Origin: Mustelus asterias
Lineage: Eukaryota
DNA: 64,000 nt
Assembly (NCBI RefSeq): GCF_964213995.1
Contig: NC_135819.1
Location: 50,096,001-50,160,000 of the forward strand
Direction of reading: 5' to 3'
The notes under the pieces are model-generated. The model was given only the letters and a program-made list of their open reading frames with translations, did no database searches and was not told where the DNA came from. The translations under genes were made by a program, and so were the position numbers. Below are positions 47,905 through 60,202 of this stretch, one piece after another. Numbering within the stretch: position 1 is the first letter of the stretch; each line of letters begins with the position of its first letter.

Positions 47905-49450
47905 CATCCCCCTTGTGGATGAATCTGTATCTGGGGTCACCACTGCAGATGATAAAGCAGCTTTCTTGAAGGTCAACCCACGGAAAGCAACTGGCCCGGA
48001 TGGGGTACCCGGACGTGCACTCAGATCCTGTGTGGATCAGCTGGCGGAGGTATTCACAGACATCTTCAACCTCTCTTTACAACAATCTGAGGTCCCTTTC
48101 TGCTTCAAGAAGACAACCATCGTCCCGGTAGCTAAGAAAAACCAAGCAGCGTGCCTTAATGACTATTGGCCGATGGCTCTGACATCCATCATTATGAAGT
48201 GCTTCGAAAGGTTAATCATGGCACAAATCAATTCCAGCCTCCCGGACTACCTGGATCCAGTACAGTTCGCCTTCCGCCGCAACAAGCCATTTCCCTGGCC
48301 CTGCACTCAACCTTGGAACACCTAGATAACAAGGACACCTATGTCAGACTCCTATTTATTGACTACAGCTCAGCCTTCAACACCATTATTCCCACAAAAC
48401 TCATCCCCAAACTCCGTGGCCTGGGCCTTGGCACCTCCCTCTGTGACTTCCTAACTCACAGACCACAATCAGTAAGGATAGGCAACAACACCTCCATGAT
48501 CATCCTCAACACCGGTACCCCACAAGGCTGTGTTCTCAGCCCCCTACTATACTTCTTATACACCTATGACTGTGTGGCCAAATTTCCCTCCAATTCGATT
48601 TTCAAGTTTGCTGATGACACCACCATAATGGATCGGATCTCAAACAATGACGAGACAGAATACAGGAATGAGATAGAGAATCTGGTGAACTGGTGTGGCA
48701 ACAATGATCTCTCCCTCAATGTCAACAAAATGAAGGAAATTGTCATTGACTTCAGGAAGCGTAAAGTAGAACATGCCTGTCTGCATCCATTGGGATGAAG
48801 TAGAAAGGGACGAGAGCTTCAAATGTTTAGGTATCCAGATCACCAACAACCTGTCCTGGTCCCCTCATGCTGACACTATAGTTAAGAAAGCCCACCAACG
48901 CCTCTACTTTCTCAAAAGACGAAGGAAATTTGGCATGTCAGCTACAACTCTCACCAACTTTTACAGATGCACCATAGAAAGCATTCTTTCTGGTTGTATC
49001 ACAGCTTGGTATGGCTCCTGCTCTGCCCAAGACCGCAAGGAACTACAAAAGGTGGTGAATGTAGCCCAATCCATCATGCAAACCAGCCTTCCATCCATTG
49101 ACTGTCTACACTTCCCGCTGCCTCGGCAAAGCAGCCAGCATAATTAAGGACCCCACGCACCCCGGACATTCTCTCTTCCACTTTCTTCCTTTGGGGAAAA
49201 AGATACAAAAGTCTGAGGTCACGTACTAACCGACTCAAGAACAGCTTCTTCTCTGCTGCTGTCAGACTTTTGAATAGACTTACTTTGCATTAAGTTGATC
49301 TTTCTCTACACCCTAGCTATGACTGTAACACTACACTCTGCACTCTCTCGTTTCCTTCTCTATGAATGGTATGTTTTATCTGTTTAGCATGCAGGAAATA
49401 ATAATTTTCACTATGTTAATACATGACAATAATAAATCAAATCAAATCAA
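47905..49450 (+). mobile_element. Rex1/Babar LINE, 5'-truncated, RT frameshifted
   Basis: [51 protein letters not shown]; tail (aatca)n; flanked by agtc on both sides. Confidence 0.93.
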
Positions 49451-49501
49451 AGTCGAGGACCAGAGGGCATAATCTCAGAGTAATGGGTTGCCTATTTAAG
49501 A

Positions 49502-49613
49502 TGTGGAGATGCCGGCGTTGGACTGGGGTAAACAAAGTAAGAGTTTTAACAACACCAGGTTGGACTAAAACCTGTTGGACTTTAACCTGGTGTTGTTAAA
49601 ACTCTTACTGTGT
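49502..49613 (-). mobile_element. Penelope-derived palindromic insertion (family A) with 14-bp TSD
   Basis: Inverted arms agtaagagttttaacaacaccaggtt / aacctggtgttgttaaaactcttact; TSD ttgcctatttaaga at 49488-49501 and 49614-49627. Confidence 0.85.
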
Positions 49614-50199
49614 TTGCCTATTTAAGACAGAGATGAGGAAGAATTTCTTCTCCCTGAAGGTAGGGAATCTGCGGAATTCTTTATCGCAGACATCTGTAGG
49701 GGCTGGGTCGTTAAGTATGTTCAAGGCTGAGATAGACAGATTTTTAATCAGTAAGGGGATCAAGGTTTATGAGGATAAGGAGGATAAGGCGGCAAAGTAG
49801 AGTTGAGGATTACCATAGCAGATGATCTCATTGAATGGCGGAGCGGACTTGATGGGCCAAATGGTCTATTTCTGCTCCTATGCCTTATGGAAAAGGCTTT
49901 CTGAATCTGAGCCATATTTCTGCCACTGCTCGGATGCTGATAGAACCATCTACAATGATGATTTGGGCAAATAAGCAATTATTCTGGAGGAAAGTTCTGG
50001 AGGAGAATCTTTGTACCTCAGTGGGATCTGGGGGAATGGTGATGTGGCATGAGGAAGAGCTTGCCCTGAGCGTTTGACTTCCAAAGAGCATGCAGAACAA
50101 GATATTCCGAAGATGGAAGGATGGGTCAATCAGAACTCCTGTTTTTCTGAAAGAAAGTGCAGAGCGTGAAGTTATGATGACCTAACGATGCTCTTAAAT

Positions 50200-50970
50200 T
50201 GATAGCAATAATAGGAAGACAGATTATTACTAGAATGGGTGTAAATTGAGAGAGGTGGACACTCAGCAAGACCTTAGAGACCTCGTGAATCAGTTGCTGA
50301 AAGTAAGCGCGGAGGTACAGCAGGCAATAAAGAAGGCAAATGGTTTGTTGGCCTTCATAGCAAGAGGATTTGAGTACAGGGATAGGAATGTTTGGCTGCA
50401 ATTGTATAGGGCATTGGTGAGGCCACACCTGGTGTATTATGTGCAGTTTTGGTGTCATTATCTGAGGAAAGATGTCCTTGCTATAGAGGGAATACAGCGA
50501 AGGTTTACCAGGCTGATTCCTGGGATGGCAGGTCAGTTGGTTAGGATTATATTCACTGGGGTTTAAAAGAGTAAGAGGGGATCTCATAGAAACTTATAAA
50601 ATTCTAACAGGGTTAGACAGTGTAGATTCAGAAAGAATGTTCCCAATGGTAGGGAAGTCTAGAACTAGGGATCATAGTTTGAGAATAAGGGGCAAATCTT
50701 TTAGAACTGAGGTGAGGAGAAATTTATTCACCCAGAGGGTGGTGAATGTGTGGAATTCACTACCACAGAATGTAATTGAGGCCAAAACGCTGTCTGATTT
50801 CAGGAAGAACTTAGATATAGCTCTTGGGTTTAAAGGGATCAAGGGATATGGGGGGGGGGGGAAGGGAGGTATCAGGATATTGAATTTGATGATCAGCCAT
50901 GATCAAGGTGAATGGTGGAGCAGGCTTGAAGAGCCGAATGGCCTCCTCCTGCTTCTAGTTTCTATGTTGC
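50200..50970 (+). mobile_element. CR1 3' fragment
   Basis: LYRALVRPHL..VQFW...IQRRFTRLIPG; FTQRVVNVWNSLP; 3' UTR. Confidence 0.88.
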
Positions 50971-52179
50971 TACTAAATAAAAAAGCAAAAATGAACTCTC
51001 ATATACCCTAAGAGGAAGCAGCATGCCAAGTGTACTCCATAGTATTGCCAAGAATTCAGCATTACACACTGCAAAGACAAATCAATGAACAGAAAATTGT
51101 GGGTTGTGTGCATCTGAATTCCCAACACTCCTGGAGTGTTAGCATCAAAAAATTGTTGTTTTCTCTTTTTTCTGGCTATCTGCTCCTTCCAGTTGCAAGG
51201 ATTTCTAGCTAACAACATAGTCCAAATTCTTTTCATTCAATTTAACGGTATATTTAGAACAGGAGTACATCACTTTACATATGTGACTTCCTGACTTTTG
51301 TAATAACTATTAGAAAAGCAAAACACTGCGGATGCTTGAAATCTGAAAATAATACCCGAAAATTTTGGGAATACTCAGCATGTCAGGCAGTATCTGTGGA
51401 AGGAGAAGCAATTAAGATCAATTACCTTTCATCAGAACTGGAAAAGTTTAGAACTGTGTTAACCAGGTACAGAGACAGTGAAAGTTGGTGGCCTGGGGGG
51501 GAATGGGGGAAGAGCAAAAGGGAATTGCTCAATGGAAGCTGAGAACAGCACCTCATCTTTTGATTAGGCGCTTGCCAGTCTTTCCCACTCAATGTTAACT
51601 TCACTCAAATCATAGCCACTGCTATGTAGTGATCCTGCTGTCTTTACATCTTCATTCAGTGCTTCTTTGGTTATTTTACTTATCCATATAACGGTCCCCT
51701 TTTCAATTTCACCATCATTCCTTTATCCATATTCTGCCAACGTGAATAGGGATAATGCTAGCTAAACCAGGCATGACCTGCGGAAAGGATAGACCAGCAG
51801 TTCACCTGTTGCATTTCAAACATTTTTTTCAGTTCTGATTGAAGGCCGTTGGTGGAAAAGCTGGGAGATCTTATAACCTGATAAAATAGGAGGGAGGATG
51901 GGTGGTCCGGCTGGAGAAGGTTGAGGAGTTGGGGCATTGGTGGTGTTGCAATTGTCGCAAAGCTAGTGGCAAACCCACCAACTTCCACCTTGAACTTCAG
52001 CATGATCTGTGGTAAATGGAAAACCCCTGTGGGACAAGGGGATTGCCGATTTAAATACTCAAACTGCTGATTATCAGCTTCTTTCTAATTTGTTTGCTGG
52101 GCTCTCTGCGATTCCCAAGGGAGTGATGGTGGGATTTGAGGGATTGAATATGCTTCCAGCAGTGTAGGCTTCAGATGCT

Positions 52180-52390
52180 GAAACGCATTCCCACAGAGGG
52201 CTGTGGAGACCAGGTAATTGAGTGTCCTTAAGAGAGAGATGGATACGTTCTTGATCAATAAGGGGATCAAGAGTTACGGGGAGAAGGCACGAGAATGGGG
52301 ATGAGAATCGCATCCGCCATGATTGAATGTCAGAGCAGACTTGATGGGCCGAATGGACTATTTCTGCTCCTATATCTTATGGTCTTCCTC
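52180..52390 (+). mobile_element. CR1 3' end
   Basis: cccacagagggctgtggag...gatgggccgaatgg...tcttatggtctt. Confidence 0.75.
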
Positions 52391-52510
52391 GCCTAAGTGA
52401 AAGGTTTTTGCTCCGAGGACTTTTCCTGCTAGTGTGCTTGCATTGCAATCGAGGTGATCCCCAGTACTTTGGAGGGCAATTCGATCACTTTGGAATCTAA
52501 ATGATTTTAT

Positions 52511-52826
52511 AGGCGGCATGGTGGCACAGTGGTTAGCACTGCTGCCCCACAGCGCCAGGGACCCAGGTTCAATTCCGGCCTCAGGTGACTGTGTGGAGTC
52601 TTCTCCCCGTGTCTGTGTGGGTTTCCTCTGGGTGCTCCGGCTTCCCCTCTCAATCCAGAGATGTGCAAGTTAGTTTGATTGGCCATGCTAAATTGCCCTT
52701 TAGTGTCAGGGGGATTATCAGGGTAAACATGTAGAGTTACGGGGCTAGGGCCTAGGTGGGATTGTCTTGTATGCAGGCTCAAAGGGCCAAATGGCCTCCT
52801 TCTGTGCTGTAGCGATTCTATGATTT
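52511..52826 (+). mobile_element. HE1/V-type SINE
   Basis: Head, V-core and CR1-type tail. Confidence 0.88.
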
Positions 52827-52994
52827 GATGAACACATTGTAACTGCCAACCTTCAGTACAGGATGCAGTTCTATTTACCTTGGACCTCAGATGAGGAACA
52901 AGATGAGCAACACCAGCAGGGGTGGTATCTGTCTTTTCCTCAACCACGTACCACCCCATGGGACTGAAATGACAAACACAGAACTCCAGATAGC

Positions 52995-53780
52995 AGGAGG
53001 CAATACCTACAGCACAGGGGAAGCAGGCAGAGGATAAGCTTCCTGGACATGAGCAAACCCTAGTGCCTCAGGAGGCTCAGAGATTTGCTTCAGATTGTCA
53101 CTGACATTTTCAGCCTCCTTGCAAGTGAACCAGGCGGGAATGCATTGCCAGTCAAAGATAGCACAGCTCTTAACTTATTTACCTTTAAGTCTTTCCAGGC
53201 TTCTACTGGTGAGATTTGTAGAATTCAGCAAGCTGCTGCCCACAAGGGCTAGTGCCAGGGTTGGCACTCCTAAACTGATGAGACCAGTCAGACTTTCTGC
53301 TCAGATTAGATTTCCACAAGTCCAGGGAGTCATTGCAGGCATGTGAGAATAGAGATGTTCCCCTGGTGTCTTCATAAACTGAAAGGAATTCCACTCCATC
53401 ACTGTTCAGCTCATCTGCAACCACCAAAAGATCACTATGCAAGTCTGTGCAAGATTTTTAGGGATGCTTCCATCCTGTGCCAGTCAAGCTTCCCTGAGCT
53501 TCAGACATCTTCACAGTATAGTTAGGAAATGTCTCCTTGGATACAGGGGCTACACTCTGACGGGGATGACGACACCCGTGAGGATTCCAGACGATGATGC
53601 CCAGAGAAGGTGCAATAGCACTCACCTGTCTACCACTGTTGTGATAGAGCAAGCGATCGAGATGCTGAAGATACATGTTACGTGTCTCAACAGATCAGCA
53701 TGTGCCTGCCTAGGTATCCAGGAAGTTAATGGTCTGCTGCACCTTGTACAACATAGCATAGCAATAGAAATTGGAGTTTA
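52995..53780 (+). pseudogene. PIF/Harbinger DDE transposase remnant
   Basis: SFLDMS..CLRRLR, SFQASTGEIC, FPQVQGVI, FIN*KEFHSITVQLICNH, VCARF, LLGYRGY (LGD.GY), TPVRIP...RCNSTH.ST.VVIEQAI..LK, with stops and frameshifts. Confidence 0.85.
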
Positions 53781-55434
53781 GATGCGGAGGAAGGTCTGAA
53801 TACTCTGTCTCTTCAGATGAAAGAGTGGGAGCTGACAAGTGCACCAGCAGCGTCATATGTAGATGCCAGAGATGCCCAGAATTCAAGCATGGTTCAGTCT
53901 GATGGAGCCATCCAGCAGCCAAACTCTAAACCCACACAACCGCTCCCAGCAGAAAGCAGTCCCTCAATCAACAACCCATTGCTTTCACAGATACAGATAC
54001 ATGTCTTTCCTCTTGCAATTCTTCTCAAGGCAGAAGGCCACTTTCCAGTCAGCAGACAAAACTGAGGAAGCGGAGCAATCAAGAGATTTTATGGTGCAGA
54101 AGAACGAAACAAAAAAGATAATATATAACTCTTGTGCTGGACACCCACGTGCATCCCCTTGTGCAACTAGATTCATTTATTTTCTTGGCTACTTATAAAC
54201 ATTCTGCTTTATGAAGGAGCACGAAAATGACTTGTGGTGATACCTGACCGATTATTACTTTTCCTACAGAAGTGGATTGCCAGGTTAGGCTAGCAGCTTA
54301 TCGCAGTCACATAAGATGGCTCAAAACATTAGTCTGCAATATCTCATTAGTTTCTTGTAAAACATCTAATTTATTTTATCAACCTCTCACACAGGCTTGT
54401 AATTTAGCAGATTTTTAAGGGTTTACCAGAAGTTGATGTAATTAACTTTTAATCTGTCATTCCTCTGATCAGTTGCTATCAGCTTGTCTGGCGAAGGGAT
54501 TTGATTAATCTATTCTTGCAACACAGAAAGCTTCTATGTGCTGCAGTTCATACACTTTGCTCTATCCTTGCTGCTGCAGCTCATGTTTGCACGTTTAGAT
54601 AAAGCACTGCAAAGTTATTTGCATTATTGATATTGTTGATAGTTGGCATGGAAACAGTGGCCAAAGCAGTCTTTTTTACATAGGTATGAGGCTTAACTGA
54701 AGGCAGGGACAACATTCCATTGAGAAATAGCAACAATTTACATTTATCCAGCAACCGATAGTCAAATCTCTTAAGATACTTTGGAGGAGCATTTTCAAAC
54801 ACATTTGTGACCCCGTTAATATTGACATTAAAGGAAAACCTTAAGGAGCATCACCCTTTTTAATATTAAATTATAATATCATTGGGAAGCAGTGCGGAAA
54901 CTGCTTAATGATGTGTTTTGAAAAATCGTGCAATGAACCCTGGCCAAAGACATCCATTTTTTATGCTGGAATAAATTACAATCATGGCTGCAAGCTGATG
55001 TGCTCAGAGTACATTTTTCACAGGGGTTTAAATGGACTATCATCAACTTCTTCAAGATTATTGGCATGAAGCCTTTTTGCTTTTATTTCAATTTGCAATT
55101 TATGGATTTTGTAAAGAGTATGTCGGAATTGGCAAAGAAAGAATGAATTGAACTTCCAAGCGTGATCCTATCTGAAAGCTGTGGGATGCATGTGTTGATT
55201 GACATAAATACTACAGTCCACGCAGGTAAACTAATGGCCAGTGGAATTAATCGCCACACTCAGTGTCTGTACGATCAGATAAACAGGAGCAGAATAAAAG
55301 AAAACTAAACATATTTTAAAACCTATTTATGGATTAACTTTAGCATTCATTTGACTCAGCAGTATCACTGTTCCATTCTGGTGAAAAAACTGTGGATTCT
55401 AACTCCAATCCTGTCTCGTGCACATAACAGTAGA

Positions 55435-56070
55435 TTCATAAAATAGAATCCCCACAGCACAGAAGGAAGCCATTTGGCCTATCAAGCCTGCACCCACAAT
55501 AATCCCACCGAGCTCTTATTCTTGTAATCTGGGGAGGCAATGGCCTAGTGGGATTATTGCTAGACTATTAATCCAGAAACTCAACTCATGTTCTGGCGAC
55601 CCGGGTTCAAATCCCACCACAACAGATAGTGGAATTTGAATTCAATGAACAAAATATCTGGAATTAAGAATCTACTGGTGACCTTGAAGCCATTGTCAAT
55701 TGCTGTAAAAACCCATCTGGTTCACTAATGTCCTTTAGGGAAGGAAATCTTTACCATCCTTATCCGGTCTGACCTACATGTGACTCCAGAGCCACAGCAA
55801 TGTGGTTGGCTCTTAACTGCCCTCTGAAATGTCCGAGCAAGACATTCAGTTCAAGGGCAGCTAGGGATGAGCAACAAATGCTGGCCAGCCAGTGACACCT
55901 ATGTCTCACGAATAATTTAAAAAAGAACCACTTATTTAGCCTGTTTAATCCCTGATACCCAGAGCAATTTAGCATGGTCAGTCAACCTAATCTGCACATT
56001 TTCGGACTGTGGGAGGCACCCGGACGAAATCCACACAGACACGGGGAGAATGTGCAAACCCCACACAGAC
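55435..56070 (-). mobile_element. HE1/V-type SINE interrupted by a family-2 SINE
   Basis: Tail at 55435-55530, core at 55930-56070. Confidence 0.75.
55531..55927 (+). mobile_element. tRNA-headed SINE (family 2)
   Basis: ggggaggcaaTGGCCTAGTGG A-box, GGTTCAAATCC B-box, body, LINE-type 3' end. Confidence 0.88.
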
Positions 56071-56795
56071 CCCCCCGGATGTGTCTGGACAAGCCTTAAC
56101 CCCGCCCCCCCCACCCCACCGACAGCCCTGATACCCTCCCACAAGCAGCCTTGACCTCCCCCCCCCCCCCCCCCCCCCTCCACACCCCCACCCCACTGGC
56201 AGCCTTGACCAGCCCCCCACCGGCAGACAGACCCCCACCCCCCCCAACCCTTATGTTCAACCCTAATCGCTGGCCTCCCTCTGTCGCCACTGAGTGCAGC
56301 GGGACTCCCCAGCGATCTCCCCCCAGGTGGCCTGCCCCCACTCTGGCCCCACCCGCATGGCACTTCCCAATGCCCGGTGGGCAGTGCCAAGTTGCCCCCT
56401 TGGTCATTGCCACTTTGCTGTTTGGGCAGTGCCAAGGGCCAGGCTGGCACTGCCAAGCTGGCAATGGCCAGGGTGCACCCCCCCCCCCTTACCCTTAACC
56501 TCCTAAAGGGCCTCCATGCCCCCCCTTCACTCTAGCAGAGTTGGGCCACCAGCTCCCCGCAAGTGGAGAGCTATTGTAAACCCAGCTGGAGTAAAACACT
56601 CCTGGCGGGAGGGGGAGACTCTAATGAGACGAAAATTCTATTTTAAATAATTTATACAACTCCGCACTGATTTCTGGCCTGGAGCTAACAGCACTGGAAA
56701 TCCAGTGGCTGGAGACTCATGGAGGACGTGGTGCCTATTAAATGGCCTTTGTTCGAGTCTCACTGCTAAAGCAGCACAGCGGGCTGGGAGAATCT
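56071..56795. mobile_element. GC-rich non-autonomous DNA-transposon-like repeat with poly-C tracts
   Basis: GC-rich block with ggcactgcc/ggcagtgcc motifs, ending ...gggctgggagaatc like the MITE termini. Confidence 0.45.
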
Positions 56796-58582
56796 CTTTC
56801 TCCATTCCATCTCCAGTGATGGCTTTTCTTCCTGTACCCGCTGGAGACCAACTACCCTCCCCCGTTCCATGGATCCACCCTTGGCTTTCCCGCTCTTCCT
56901 CTTTCCTGTTGGTTCTACCTCTCCGCCACCTTGCTCTTAACCCATGCACTACCTTTGCATTCTCATCCTGCTTGTCTGACATCCCAATCCTCGAAGAGTC
57001 ACAATTTCCTCCTATTAAACATCCAAGAGGCCAAAGTTACTGCAGCATCACTGATTGCATTCACCTCCTCATCCGCAATCTCAAGTTGAAGATGACAACT
57101 CATGACCCAAAATCCTTCGGTTCTAATACTAACCTGCATCATATTTTTGGTCTCCCACTGCCACAGTACTTACTGCCCTGCATTGTCTACCAGTCACCTG
57201 AATCTGGTACTTTAAACACAGAACTTGAGTACTGCTGAAAAAAAAGACATTGTCAAAGCTTTGACAACATGTGTTGCTTATTCTCATGTTCTAATCCCTT
57301 GATGGGATGAGATTCCCTATCTTTTTAATTTCCTCCATGCTTCCAACCCTTCCAGAATCCTGCATTCTCCAACTCCAGTTTATTGTGCATTCCCTCCTCC
57401 CTTTATTCCACCATTGGTGACCGTATCTTCAAGTGTTCAGGCTGCAACTTTTGGAAATCCCTCCCAAAATTACGATACAACTCCACATCTGTCTCCTCTT
57501 TTAAGACCCTCCTTAAAATCTCTTTGATTAAGCTTTTGGTCACCCTTTCCAATGCCAGCTCCTTTGATTCAGCATGGGTTTGCCTGATTACACTCCCGTG
57601 AAGCATCTTGGGATGTTGTTTTTCTCTGTAAGCACTACATAAATGTAAGGCATTGTATATGCTTGAAGCCAAGACCCTGCCACACTTTCTGGAGGCCATA
57701 CCCTTCCCTCCCTCCCCCCTCCAAAAAGGACACACTACACCCATTATTCTAATGTTTCTGTTAGATTTTAGCACTCTTCACAGAACAGATTTTCTGTTGA
57801 TTATGAAGACATCAATTTAGCAAAAAATTACACGTTAATATCACCCCGGTAAAAGGGAATGAAATCATGATTTGTCTTTGGATTAGGTTATTACGGAGAG
57901 GATTGTTGAATTTACTATTTATTAAAATTTCAATTTCAGTTGTTGATTTAAATTGCCTTTTGATGAGCCTGTAATGAAGTGAAATTGAACTAGTAAATGT
58001 AAGAATGTGTCTCTTATTTTGCATACTATCTTTGGCAGGATTTTTGCGTGTTTATAAAAACTGTTTATGATGCATTGAGAGGGAAGAGCTAATTAAAAAA
58101 TAAATCACAAACGTACTTCTGTGAGGCGACTGAGCTATTTTCACACTCGTGACGTGTTAATTAACTAATTTGTTTCCCTTGTTTTCTACCTATTAGGCCT
58201 TTTAAAAAGGATTTAAAAATTTCAATTGGTGTTTATCTATTTCATGCTTCACTGGTTATTAATGTTAATGGCACCAGAACGTCTATAACGTGTGGCGGTG
58301 ATTCACAGCTGAGAGCCTGCAGAGCAGATTGTGATGAGCAGATGAGTTGTGACATTACTGCAGGTCTCTTCTGATTGTGCTGACACTGGTAAGGATGCCG
58401 AGAATATAGCGCAATCAAATTTAATTTGACATCCATCGGCTTTTTCCTCACTAGGTACTTTTATACCTCATCACAAATGTGACGTATGACTTATCTTTCT
58501 CTAGTGACCATTAGTTCTTGGAAACTTGAGAGCTAATTCTGACGAATGTTCTCTACATTCAAGAGTACGTCTTAACATTAGT

Positions 58583-59010
58583 GCCAGCCGTGACTCAGTT
58601 GTTAACACCTTCACCTGAGTCACAAGGTTATGGGTTTAGGGCTTAAGCACAAAAATCAAGACTGGCACTCCGATGCAGTACTGAGGGAGTGCTGTTGGAT
58701 GGAGGTTGCATCTTTCAGTTAAGGTGTTAAACCGAGGCCCCTTATGTTCTCTTGAGTTGGTATAAAAGAACCTATGGCAATGTTTTGAAGAAGAGTAGGG
58801 GGTTATCACCACTGTCACAGCCTATATTTATCCCTCAGTCAACATCATCAGAACAGATTACCTGGTCAACATGCACATTGCTGTTTGTCGGAGCTTGCTG
58901 CTGACAAATTGGCCACCACCTGTTCCACATTACTAAAGTGACTAGACTTCCAAAATACTTCACTGGCTAACTCTGGGATGCTCAATGGGCATGAAAGATG
59001 CTATATAAAT
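58583..59010 (+). mobile_element. Deu-domain SINE (SacSINE1/AmnSINE1-like)
   Basis: tRNA-like head, Deu core (taaaccgaggccc...aaaagaacctatggca...gaagaagagtagggg), L2-type tail atgctatataaat. Confidence 0.75.
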
Positions 59011-59125
59011 AAAAATCTTATAGCTTCCGTACTATCAGAAAATTTTTAAGTCTTATGATCCCCATTGCAGGAGGGAAGTAATAACCTGGGAGAAAGTGCA
59101 GTATAGATTTCGAAGAAAATATTGT

Positions 59126-59362
59126 GGAATCATAGAATCCCTTCAGTGCAGAAGGATGCTATTTAGCCTATTGAGTCTGCACCCACTCTCTCTGACAGAA
59201 TACCTTATCCAGGCCCTTTCCCCCCACCCTATCCCCTGTAAACCCACACATTTACTATGACACGAGGAGAATGTGCAAACTCCACACAGTCACCCAAGGC
59301 CGGGAATCGAACCCGGGTCCCTGACGTTGTGAGGCAGCAGTACTAACCACTGTGCCACCGTG
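59126..59362 (-). mobile_element. HE1/V-type SINE, internally deleted
   Basis: Tail and head present, core missing. Confidence 0.8.
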
Positions 59363-59379
59363 ACACCCCATGGCTGAGT

Positions 59380-59714
59380 TCATAGAAGATCATAGAAACC
59401 CTACAGTGCAGAAGGAGGCCATTTGGCCCATCGAGTCTGCACCGACCACAATCCCACCCAGGCCCTACCCCCACATATTTACCCGCTAATCCCTCTAACC
59501 TACACACCTTAGGATTCTAAGGGGCAATTTTTAATCTGGCCAATCAACCTAACCCGCACATCTTTGGACTGTGGGAGGAAACCGGAGCACCCGGAGGAAA
59601 CCCACGCAGACACGAGGAGAATGTGCAAACTCCACACAGACAGTGACCCGAGCCGGGAATCGAGCCCGGGACCCTGGAGCTGTGAAGCAGCAGTGCTAAC
59701 CACTGTGCTACCGT
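59380..59714 (-). mobile_element. HE1/V-type SINE, young subfamily
   Basis: Near-identical to 61495-61823 (diagnostic cttcacagctccaggg and ttaaaaattg). Confidence 0.92.
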
Positions 59715-59790
59715 TATGAAGAAAGAGTAGAGCAACTAGGTCTGCATTTTTTAAAATTGAGAAAGTTGACCGGGAATTGTTCAAAATATT

Positions 59791-60202
59791 GTTCATTGGA
59801 CATGGGCGTCACTGGCTGACCAGCATTTATTGCCCATCCCTATTTGCCTTTGAGAAGGTGATGATGAGCTGCCTTCTTGAAATGCTGCAGTTACGTTTAC
59901 TACAACTGAGTGACTTGCTCAGAGGGCAGTTGAGAGTCAACCACATTGTTGTGGTTCTGGAGTCACATGTAGGCCAGACCAGGTAAGGTAAAAATTCTTT
60001 CCCTAAATTATATTAGTGAACCAGATGGGGTTTTATGACAATCAACAGTGGTTTCATGGCTATCATTAGATTCTTAACTTTAGATATTTTTTATTGAATT
60101 CACATTCTACCGTCATGACAGGATTCGAACCCTGGTCCTCAGAACATTGGCTGAATGTCTGGATTAATAGTCTCGCAATAATACCACTAGGCCATCACCT
60201 TC
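59791..60202 (-). mobile_element. tRNA-headed SINE (family 2), long-tail variant
   Basis: Retains LINE C-terminal coding LQHFKKAAHHHLLKGK* before the 3' UTR. Confidence 0.8.

Larger units (their letters stand above)
47780..49890 (+). mobile_element. CR1 3' fragment hosting Rex1/Babar and Penelope insertions
   Basis: tttcccccttgtggcagagtc|gaggaccagagggcataatctcag rejoins across the insert. Confidence 0.8.

Noticed and set aside
53437-53781. Host HARBI1 gene
   Set aside because: Stops, frameshifts and loss of catalytic Asp residues indicate a dead transposon copy
55932-56506. Gly/Pro-rich ORFs of 70-174 aa
   Set aside because: Products of a GC-rich repeat with poly-C tracts
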